From the NCBI GenBank assembly GCA_964624945.1, contig CAZUYL010000001.1, positions 1 to 46,892 on the forward strand: a DNA stretch of 46,892 bases, given 5' to 3'. A model generated the notes under the pieces. It worked only from the letters and a program-made list of their open reading frames with translations, was not told the origin of the DNA and searched no databases. Below, piece after piece: positions 28,101 through 35,680 of this stretch. The DNA comes from an uncultured Ruminococcus sp. GTDB lineage: Bacteria > Bacillota > Clostridia > Oscillospirales > Acutalibacteraceae. Each line of letters opens with the position of its first letter. Positions within the stretch are counted from its first letter, which is position 1. The translations under genes and the position numbers were made by a program.

Positions 28101-28158
28101 AAATATCACCGCTTAATAATATGATTTTTTCAAAAAATTAATAACTTGATAAAATAAC

Positions 28159-28187
28159 TTGACTAATTCAATTTGAATTGATATAAT
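28159..28187 (+). promoter_or_regulatory. Near-consensus promoter of tRNA-Thr (TTGACT-17-TATAAT)
   Basis: TTGACT at 28159-28164 and TATAAT at 28182-28187, 20 nt before the tRNA. Confidence 0.65.
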
Positions 28188-28206
28188 TATTTAGCAATTT
28201 ATAACT

Positions 28207-28282
28207 GCTGGAGTAGCACAGTTGGTAGTGTAACTGATTCGTAATCAGTAGGTCGTGGGTTCAAGTCCCATCTTCAGCTCCA
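28207..28282 (+). tRNA. tRNA-Thr (anticodon CGU), CCA encoded
   Basis: Cloverleaf. Acceptor gctggag/cttcagc. D-arm gcac-agttggta-gtgt. Anticodon arm actga-ttCGTaa-tcagt. T-arm gtggg-ttcaagt-cccat. Ends t-cca. Confidence 0.92.
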
Positions 28283-28323
28283 ACCCAAAAATCCTGTCGA
28301 GATAATCGACAGGATTTTTGGGT
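28283..28323 (+). terminator. 18-bp perfect hairpin terminator after tRNA-Thr
   Basis: acccaaaaatcctgtcga-gataa-tcgacaggatttttgggt. Confidence 0.75.
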
Positions 28324-28573
28324 TGGATTATTCATTTTTCATTATTAAATATTCATTATTCAATCAAAATGTAATTACTTTAACAAAGCAGAAACTAATT
28401 TTCGCAAAACTTGATTATTAAAATTAACGCAGTAAAAAATCTCACCTCTTTAGATTAATGGATGTAGCAAAAATCTTTGATTTTTGACAGAGAAATTGTT
28501 AATGTACTAACTTAAACCACAAAGAAATATCAATATAATGAAAACTAAATCACATTGTTGTATTAAGATATGA

Positions 28574-28732
28574 AATAAATTTATTCTATCCCTCAGTCAA
28601 AGGGTTTACAGTAATTACGAACGCGGAGATATAGATATACCAACCGCTATTTTAATAAAAATTGCCGATTTTCACGATGTTTCGGTTGATTATTTACTTA
28701 ACCGAACCGATAATCCAAACACTAATACCTAA
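28574..28732 (+). pseudogene. 5'-truncated XRE-family helix-turn-helix gene fragment
   Basis: The frame reads ..LSQRVYSNYERGDIDIPTAILIKIADFHDVSVDYLLNRTDNPNTNT*, which is the last HTH helices and tail of an Xre/Cro-type repressor. TGA lies in frame at 28571 and there is no start codon. The flank is AT-rich and ORF-free. Confidence 0.6.
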
Positions 28733-28744
28733 TATATAAAATCA

Positions 28745-28783
28745 CATAAAACAACCCCTATACCTCAATGAGATATAGGGGTT
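28745..28783 (-). terminator. Intrinsic terminator after tsf
   Basis: aacccctata/tataggggtt stem (28753-28762 and 28774-28783) followed on the minus strand by gttttatg. Confidence 0.65.
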
Positions 28784-28800
28784 AAAGTTTTAATAATAAA

Positions 28801-29712
28801 TTATTTTACCATGCTTGCAACTTCAGATGCGAAATCGTCAACACGTTTTTCAATGCCTTCGCCTTTTTCCATACGAACAAAGTCAGCAAGTTTAATTTCA
28901 ACACCGAGTTCTTTAGCAGTGTTAGCAACGTATTTGCCAACTGTGATGTCGCCGTCCATAACAAATGCTTGGTCAGCAAGGCAGTTCTCTTTATAGTATT
29001 TGCTGATTTTACCGTCAACAATTTTACCGAGAACAACATCGGGCTTGTTAGCCATTTTAGGATCTTCTTTCATTTGAGCGATAAGAATTTCCTTTTCTTT
29101 TTCTATAACTTCTGCAGGAACAGATGCTTCATCAAGATAGGTTGGGTTCATAGCGGCAATTTGCATTGCAACGTTTTTACCCATTGTGATAAAGTCAGCG
29201 TTTGTAGCATCAACATCGCCATCAAATTTAACAAGAACACCAATTTTGCCGCCTGCGTGAACGTAGTTAACTACATTGCCTTCGAAGCGAACAAAACGAC
29301 GGATTTTAATGTTTTCACGAATTTTAAGGAAGAGTTCCTGAACCATTTCTTCAACGGTTTGACCGTTTTCAACACAAGCGTTAAGAGCATCAACATCTGC
29401 AGGGTTTTGTGCTGCGATGATTTTAGCAATTCTAAGAGCCAATGCTTTAAAATCGTCACCGTTTGCAACGAAGTCTGTTTCAGCGTTGAGTTCAACAACA
29501 ACGCCTACACCGTTTTCGCAAATAGCACATACTGTACCTTCTGCAGCAACACGGCTTGCCTTTTTAGCCTGTGATGCAAGACCTTTTTCACGAAGAAAAT
29601 CTACGGCTGCATCCATATCACCGTTGCATTCTGTGAGTGCTTTTTTGCAATCCATCATACCGCAACCGGTTTTTTCTCTTAAAGCCTGAACGTCTTTAGC
29701 AGTAAAAGCCAT
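28801..29712 (-). CDS. tsf: Translation elongation factor Ts
   Basis: N-terminal AKDVQALREKTGCGMMDCKKAL UBA-like motif; 303 aa. Confidence 0.95.
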   Translation of the reverse strand: MAFTAKDVQALREKTGCGMMDCKKALTECNGDMDAAVDFLREKGLASQAKKASRVAAEGTVCAICENGVGVVVELNAETDFVANGDDFKALALRIAKIIAAQNPADVDALNACVENGQTVEEMVQELFLKIRENIKIRRFVRFEGNVVNYVHAGGKIGVLVKFDGDVDATNADFITMGKNVAMQIAAMNPTYLDEASVPAEVIEKEKEILIAQMKEDPKMANKPDVVLGKIVDGKISKYYKENCLADQAFVMDGDITVGKYVANTAKELGVEIKLADFVRMEKGEGIEKRVDDFASEVASMVK

Positions 29713-29752
29713 AATTATATATCTCCTTTGTTAGAATAAAGTATAAATTAAA

Positions 29753-30505
29753 TTATTCTGCAACTTCTTCGGTTGCTTCAGCAGCAACTTCTTCGCCGTC
29801 GTTAGCAGCGGTGCCCATTTCTTCACCCTGTCTGCCCTCGATAACAGCAGCAGCGATAGTTTCTGCAATAAGTTTAACTGCACGGATAGCGTCATCGTTA
29901 CCGGGGATAACAGCGTCGATTTCATCAGGATCGCAGTTAGTGTCAACGATAGCAATAATCGGAATACCGAGTTTTTTAGCCTCTGCAACAGCAATACGCT
30001 CTTTGCGGGGGTCAACTATGAAAAGTGCACCGGGCATTTTGTTCATATTTTGGATACCGCCGATGAATTTTTCAAGTTTTTCAATTTCAAGAGTAAGATT
30101 TGATGCTTCTTTTTTAGGAAGAAGTTCAAATGTACCGTCATCACGCATAGCACGAAGTTGTTCAAGACGTGCAATACGGGTACGAATTGTTGAGAAGTTT
30201 GTAAGCATACCGCCGAGCCAACGTGCATTTACGTAAGGCATACCGCAATGCTCTGCTTCTTCTTTAACAGAATCTTGAGCCTGTTTTTTAGTACCTACGA
30301 ACAAAATGTCGCCGCCGTTTGCTGCGATGTCGCGTGCAAACAAATAAGCCTCGTTAAGTTTTTTAACGGTTTTTTGAAGGTCGATAATGTAGATACCGTT
30401 TCTTTCTGTGAAAATGTACTCAGCCATTTTCGGATTCCAACGTCTTGTTTGGTGACCGAAGTGTACACCTGCTTCAAGAAGTTGTTTCATTGATACAACT
30501 GCCAT
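29753..30505 (-). CDS. rpsB: 30S ribosomal protein S2
   Basis: [30 protein letters not shown] at 30505 follows GGAGGA; the ORF-track start at 30550 lies upstream of the Shine-Dalgarno (SD) sequence. Confidence 0.95.
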   Translation of the reverse strand: MAVVSMKQLLEAGVHFGHQTRRWNPKMAEYIFTERNGIYIIDLQKTVKKLNEAYLFARDIAANGGDILFVGTKKQAQDSVKEEAEHCGMPYVNARWLGGMLTNFSTIRTRIARLEQLRAMRDDGTFELLPKKEASNLTLEIEKLEKFIGGIQNMNKMPGALFIVDPRKERIAVAEAKKLGIPIIAIVDTNCDPDEIDAVIPGNDDAIRAVKLIAETIAAAVIEGRQGEEMGTAANDGEEVAAEATEEVAE

Positions 30506-30639
30506 AATTTTTTCCTCCTGAGGTTTTTCCTCCATCCCGTCAAAGCACATGGTATTAACCTTTGTATCAGCGGTTACACCTCTACCTGCATAAAACGGAA
30601 TGTGTGTAATATTTTTACTACCTAAACGGTAGCCGATAA

Positions 30640-30668
30640 ATTATATCATAGCATTTTATAAAATGCAA
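30640..30668 (-). promoter_or_regulatory. Putative rpsB-tsf promoter (TTGCAT-17-TATAAT, TGa-extended)
   Basis: Minus-strand TTGCAT at 30668..30663 and tgaTATAAT at 30645..30640. The -35 lies 8 nt after the WYL gene stop. This implies a leader of about 125 nt. Confidence 0.6.
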
Positions 30669-30675
30669 GTGTTTT

Positions 30676-31680
30676 TTACTGTTTTTTATACATTTTTAAA
30701 ATCTGTTCGGCACGTTCAACTATTTGAAGGCGTAACGATTCGGGTTTTAACACTTCAAGTTTGTCACCGTAATTCATAATCCAAGTAATAAGCCCCTCGC
30801 TCAAAGCCGCCTCAACCGAAAAATTAAAATGCGTGTTTGAAACATTAGATATAAAAATTCGGTTGCCGAAACGGTCGGCAATTTGTTCAAGTATTGAATT
30901 GTCGGCTTTAAACTTGATTTCTTGTAATTCGCCGCCGAACATTCCGAAAAGTTTTTCGGTGTAATCCGCAACGTCAAAGGTGTCGATGTATTCGCTGACC
31001 TGACTGAAGTGACGCAAAGGTTGTTCTGAAATTTCAACCGATTTTATGCGGTCAACACGCAACTGCATAAGATTATCGTATTTTTCGTAATTGCAAATTA
31101 AATAGTAGTGGTCATCTTGCCAAGTAAGTGCATAAGGACTCACCGTTCTGGTTTTGTATGCTACTGTTATTTTTTGATCCGGACCAATTATACGTTTAGC
31201 GTATTTAAATGTGATTTTTTTGCCGTTGTTTATTGCCTCGTTGATGTTGTCTATGTTATAAAAAATTTCTTTGTTATTTGTTTTATTGTTATCGTTAATA
31301 TAAATATTTTTAATATCGTTTTTAACCTGATAAACGCTTAACATTTTATCAAGTTTAGCGGTTAGTTCAAATGTTTTTTTAGATGTTATAAACTTTGCGG
31401 TTTTTACGGCATCTTTAAGAAGATAAATTTCAGGCAATTCAAATTCACGTGTTGCCAAAAAGTAACCGTTTTTTGGGGTGCGTGTAGTTACAATATCGTA
31501 TCCGAAAGATATTAAACACTCAATGTCATCATAAATCGCCTTGCGTTCGGCATTTATATTGTATTCAGACAATTTTTCGCAAATTTCATTTGCCGAAAGC
31601 GGATGCTGTTCATCGGTAAATTCGGTTAATATTTTTATAATGTATAAAATTTTTATTTTTTGACCTCTTCTTGCTGCCAT
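30676..31680 (-). CDS. WYL-domain transcriptional regulator (wHTH + WYL + C-terminal extension)
   Basis: N-terminal KIKILYIIKILTEFTDEQHPLSANEICEKL...AERKAIYDDIECL winged-helix pattern. WYL core VSPYALTWQDDHYYLICNYEKYDNLMQLRVDRIKSVEI. Confidence 0.8.
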   Translation of the reverse strand: MAARRGQKIKILYIIKILTEFTDEQHPLSANEICEKLSEYNINAERKAIYDDIECLISFGYDIVTTRTPKNGYFLATREFELPEIYLLKDAVKTAKFITSKKTFELTAKLDKMLSVYQVKNDIKNIYINDNNKTNNKEIFYNIDNINEAINNGKKITFKYAKRIIGPDQKITVAYKTRTVSPYALTWQDDHYYLICNYEKYDNLMQLRVDRIKSVEISEQPLRHFSQVSEYIDTFDVADYTEKLFGMFGGELQEIKFKADNSILEQIADRFGNRIFISNVSNTHFNFSVEAALSEGLITWIMNYGDKLEVLKPESLRLQIVERAEQILKMYKKQ

Positions 31681-32267
31681 TTTTTAACACCTTCCATAAA
31701 GTCGTTATAACCGTAAACGGCATTTACACAATCCAAAAAAGCGTTTGCAGACATACCCTGCGGCAAATTTAAAAATGCAGATAAACCGTTACGCAAAGCC
31801 GAACTGTTTTCAGCACCCGAAAGTCCTAAAATAAATAAATCGGTTTTACTGATTTTAGGCTCTGCACTGCCGCACACTTCACAGCCTGTTATACCGCTGC
31901 GTTCAAGGGCTGTAAGAATAGTTTGTTTATCTAAACCCTCTACACCCAAAAAGCCTTGTTTTGAAGATTTTGTTTTTCGCTTTTCTTTACCGCAAAGTTG
32001 CGGCACATAAACGTTTGTTACCGCCCCTTTAGGACAAATCTGTTTCAAGTGCGAACGTATAACCATACCTGCGTTGTCGGAATCGGTAATCACTATTATA
32101 CCCTGATTTTCGGCAAGGCGGCGAATTAAATCGCACTTTTGCTTATCTTTAAATATACCAAAACCGTTAGTTGTAATAATAGTTGCATCAATAATATTTT
32201 CAAGTGTAATTTTGTCGTACTTACCCTCTACTATTACTGCTTGACTTAATTTAATCAATCGGTTCAC
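31653..32267 (-). CDS. Toprim-domain protein, RNase M5-like (Toprim + DUF4093-type C-terminus)
   Basis: VIVEGKYD...TTNG...VITDSDNAG acidic toprim motifs. GTG start overlaps holA by 17 nt, and the stop overlaps the WYL gene by 28 nt. Confidence 0.7.
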   Translation of the reverse strand: MNRLIKLSQAVIVEGKYDKITLENIIDATIITTNGFGIFKDKQKCDLIRRLAENQGIIVITDSDNAGMVIRSHLKQICPKGAVTNVYVPQLCGKEKRKTKSSKQGFLGVEGLDKQTILTALERSGITGCEVCGSAEPKISKTDLFILGLSGAENSSALRNGLSAFLNLPQGMSANAFLDCVNAVYGYNDFMEGVKKWQQEEVKK

Positions 32268-33306
32268 CCTTTGTGATTATATATACAAGTTTTACGGTTA
32301 ATTGCTCAAGTGCTGACTGTGCATCGGCGTTAAAACTTTTCAGCAATTTATCGGTTTCGCAAATGCAGTTTAAACTAAACCGCAATTTTTTAGCATCAAA
32401 TTTTCTTAAATTTTGCGACGCACGGTCCAACAAAAACAGTTTGTTTTTAGGATACGAAAAATCTTTTGCCACATCTGTTTTTGAAATTCCGTTTTTGTTA
32501 GCCACAAAAATTCTGTAAATATCTATATATGAAGATGAAATATTATAAAGAATTGATATAGGTTCAATATGCATAAAAAACATATCGTTGAGTTGCGTTA
32601 ACGCCGCCGAAATGTTGCCTGCAAAAATTTGTTTTACATAATCGTAAACCGATGCATCAACCGTTTTTACCGATACCTTGTCGATAATATCTTTGGTTAT
32701 TTCACCCTCACCTACATAGCAACACAGTTTATCAAGTTCGTTTTTAAGGGTATTTAAATCACTGCCGGAGGTTTCTATTAAATAACGTGCGGCAATTTCA
32801 CCGAAAACACAACCGCGTTTTTTAGCACCGTCAGACAACATTTTTACAAGAGATGTAATTGTGCGGTGATTAATTTCGGCACAAACGCCGCCTACCTTAT
32901 CAACCGCGGCTAATATTTTTTTCTCTTTAGTGCCGCGTTTGGCATCAAACTCAACGGTATCAAAACAAATAATCAAAACACAGGTGTCATTGGCGTTGTT
33001 TATTAATTCAATAAAATTATCAAAATCACTTTTACTGCGGTGGTTAAAATCAAAGTCAGAAAAAACAACGCTTTTTTGCTCTGCCATTACAGGAAATTGA
33101 TTAACCGCATCAAAGACATCTTGCAAGGCACTGTTGTCATCAAATTTTTGAAGATTAAAAAACGGATCACCGCCCGTTGCTTTTTGAGAAAGGGTATCTT
33201 TATAATATTTTTTTAAATACGAATCGTCACCGAAAAGCAGATACACCGAAGCAAAACGCTTTGACGATATATCTTTTTTTAAAATATCTTCACTTACTAT
33301 TGCCAT
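32251..33306 (-). CDS. holA: DNA polymerase III delta subunit
   Basis: 351 aa with the HolA-type pattern (FASVYLLFGDDSYL...) and a conserved position after comEC. Confidence 0.85.
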   Translation of the reverse strand: MAIVSEDILKKDISSKRFASVYLLFGDDSYLKKYYKDTLSQKATGGDPFFNLQKFDDNSALQDVFDAVNQFPVMAEQKSVVFSDFDFNHRSKSDFDNFIELINNANDTCVLIICFDTVEFDAKRGTKEKKILAAVDKVGGVCAEINHRTITSLVKMLSDGAKKRGCVFGEIAARYLIETSGSDLNTLKNELDKLCCYVGEGEITKDIIDKVSVKTVDASVYDYVKQIFAGNISAALTQLNDMFFMHIEPISILYNISSSYIDIYRIFVANKNGISKTDVAKDFSYPKNKLFLLDRASQNLRKFDAKKLRFSLNCICETDKLLKSFNADAQSALEQLTVKLVYIITKGEPID

Positions 33307-34765
33307 TTAATACAACCCCTTTCTTTTTTAATCTGTAATTATAATAATACATAAATGATATAACAACCGATACCGCAAAAGCCGAATAAAAGAATGCGTT
33401 TTCAGGTAAAAGGGCAACGGTTACGGGTAATGCGGCAACCGTGTTTACAATTTTTATAATAATGTTTAAACACAGGTTTATTACGTGAAAAAGTATTTTA
33501 CATATAAAGTTTAAAAAAGGTATTTTATAAAACGGCAACGCAATAATTGCCATTACCAAAACAAATGTTACAGGGTATGTAACCAAAAGATTTGTTATAG
33601 GTGCCACTACCGACGAAAAGCCGAAAACTTTAACCGTTATCGGAAGTGTGAATACCATAGCCAAAGTTGACGATAAAATTATATTAATCACAGTCTTTAA
33701 AATTTTAGACTTGATGTTTAATTTGTTTACAATAACACGGTAATAAAACGGTACCACCCATATTATTGCAAGGGTAGAAAAAACCGATAACAAAAACGAA
33801 ACATTTATAACCGTAAACGGTGCCGAAACAACTATTAACACAACCGCCGTAAGCAAAGAATTTAATGAATCGCTGTCACGGTTAAAGCAGGGTGCCAAAC
33901 CTGCTATAACAAACATAATGCCTGCCCTTATAACCGATGTTGTAAATCCGCACACGGCGGCGATTGTTACTACGCAAAAAACAGAAATCAAACATCTTAA
34001 ATAGCGGTTATAAAACAGTTTATCAAGCAAAACAAAGATTGCAGACATTATTATTGAAAGGTGCATACCCGAAACCACAACGACGTGGCTAATGCCCGTA
34101 GTTTTAATATTTGACGAAATTGTTTCACCGAGCAATGTTTTATCACCTATTGTAAGTGCGGTTAAAAATCCTGCGGCATCGCCGTCAAGATTTTGTAAAA
34201 TTGTGTTTTTTACATATTTTCTAACCGAATATGCCGCTTTGTAAAACGTGTTTACCTTTTCGGTATTTTCAAAAGATTTTAAGGTTGCCGTAGCATAAAT
34301 GCCGTCACCGTAATTTGAAAAATAATAATCGCTTTGAATATCAACCGCTTTGATTTTTAATTCTGCGGTTATAATATCGCCTACAGATAGGTCATTTCCC
34401 GAATAATCAAACGCCAAAAGTTTAATTTTGGGCAAATCGCCTTTGCCTTCGGATTTTAGAATAACAGTGTTGAATTTTTCGTAACAAATCGGCTCGGCAT
34501 AAACCGAAAAATTATCGGTAACGGTTTCACCGTTTAAATTTTTAACCTTGTCTGTTTTTTGTTTTTGCAAAAACAAACTTGCAACAAACAATGCCGCAAT
34601 TAAGCAAACGGTTAAATATTTTTTATTGTTTGCCGACTTAAAAATAAATAAAATCAAAAAAATTACAGCCAATGCCAATGCGATTTTTATATTGTAAAGT
34701 GCAACAAACGAAACGGCACAGCAAAATACAGACGGCAAAAAAACAGGGCGTTTTAAAATATCCAT
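33290..34765 (-). CDS. comEC: ComEC/Rec2-family DNA internalisation channel protein, short form (OB/DUF4131 + competence domain, no metallo-beta-lactamase domain)
   Basis: 491 aa polytopic protein. Competence-domain motif GISHVVVVSGMHLSI. The ORF ends inside the holA start region, leaving no room for a C-terminal nuclease domain. Confidence 0.85.
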   Translation of the reverse strand: MDILKRPVFLPSVFCCAVSFVALYNIKIALALAVIFLILFIFKSANNKKYLTVCLIAALFVASLFLQKQKTDKVKNLNGETVTDNFSVYAEPICYEKFNTVILKSEGKGDLPKIKLLAFDYSGNDLSVGDIITAELKIKAVDIQSDYYFSNYGDGIYATATLKSFENTEKVNTFYKAAYSVRKYVKNTILQNLDGDAAGFLTALTIGDKTLLGETISSNIKTTGISHVVVVSGMHLSIIMSAIFVLLDKLFYNRYLRCLISVFCVVTIAAVCGFTTSVIRAGIMFVIAGLAPCFNRDSDSLNSLLTAVVLIVVSAPFTVINVSFLLSVFSTLAIIWVVPFYYRVIVNKLNIKSKILKTVINIILSSTLAMVFTLPITVKVFGFSSVVAPITNLLVTYPVTFVLVMAIIALPFYKIPFLNFICKILFHVINLCLNIIIKIVNTVAALPVTVALLPENAFFYSAFAVSVVISFMYYYNYRLKKKGVVLNGNSK

Positions 34766-34775
34766 ACGTTAAACA

Positions 34776-35666
34776 TTAAAACTTATTCTTAGTTTTGTTA
34801 TTCCATTTGGTAATGTCTTTAAGTTCGTTATACAAAGTTACGTAACTCTTGTGGCGTGAGGGCTGAATAACACCGTTATTAACCGCCTCTATAACCGCAC
34901 AACCCTTTTCACCCGTGTGTGAACAACTTGCAAATTTGCAGTTGGTTGAATAATCCGAAAACTCTTTAAAACAGTACACTAAATTCTGTTTGAAATCGTA
35001 TAAATCTTCGGTAGTTTCTATAGAAGAAAATCCGGGTGTGTCAACAACGTAACCGTTTTCAAGTGCAAACAGTTCGGTGTGGCGGGTAGTGTGTTTTCCC
35101 CTACCTAATTTTTGACTTACCTCACCGGTTTTTAAATTGAGTTCGGGGCAAATGGCATTTAAAAGGCTTGATTTACCTACGCCCGAATTACCCGAAAAAG
35201 CACATATATTGCCGTCAATTTCTTTTTTTAAGTCTTCTATACCAACATTTAATTTTGCCGACACAACATAAACTTTAAAACCTGATTTTTTATAGCAGTT
35301 GTATAAATCGTCAAAACTGCCCATATCGGATTTATTAAACACAATAATGGGTTCAATGTTGTTATAAATTGCAAGTGCGGTTATTCGGTCAATAGCCAAT
35401 GTGTCGGGTGCAGGCGTTTCAAACGATGATACAATAAATAATTTATCAATATTTGCAACAAGCGGTCTTATCATATAGTTTTTTCTTTGAAGAACCTGCT
35501 CTATAACGCCGTGTGACTCATCGGTACAATCAAACAATACATTATCACCCACAACAGGGGAAATTCCCGCTTTGCGAAAATTCCCCCTGGCTTTACATTC
35601 ATATACTTTGCCGTTGCAATTAACATAATAAAAGCCTGAGATAGCCTTAATAAGTACACCTGTCAT
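34776..35666 (-). CDS. rsgA: Ribosome small-subunit-dependent GTPase A
   Basis: Circularly permuted GTPase with GNSGVGKSSLLN and a C-terminal Zn cluster CKFASCSHTGEKGCAV. Confidence 0.9.
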   Translation of the reverse strand: MTGVLIKAISGFYYVNCNGKVYECKARGNFRKAGISPVVGDNVLFDCTDESHGVIEQVLQRKNYMIRPLVANIDKLFIVSSFETPAPDTLAIDRITALAIYNNIEPIIVFNKSDMGSFDDLYNCYKKSGFKVYVVSAKLNVGIEDLKKEIDGNICAFSGNSGVGKSSLLNAICPELNLKTGEVSQKLGRGKHTTRHTELFALENGYVVDTPGFSSIETTEDLYDFKQNLVYCFKEFSDYSTNCKFASCSHTGEKGCAVIEAVNNGVIQPSRHKSYVTLYNELKDITKWNNKTKNKF

Positions 35667-35680
35667 AAATACACCGCTTA

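Noticed and set aside
28806-29689. Overlapping ORFs antisense to or out of frame with tsf (28969..29574 at 201 aa, 29417..29689 at 90 aa, and others), with similar ones over rpsB (29811..30236).
   Set aside because: These are shadow ORFs of highly conserved EF-Ts and S2 genes, with no SD sequences or recognisable domains.
30676-32267. Toprim plus WYL pair interpreted as an anti-phage defence system.
   Set aside because: There is no ATPase, nuclease-effector or other defence hallmark. The genes are embedded by overlapping codons in a core comEC-holA operon. I kept this only as a regulatory hypothesis in the findings.
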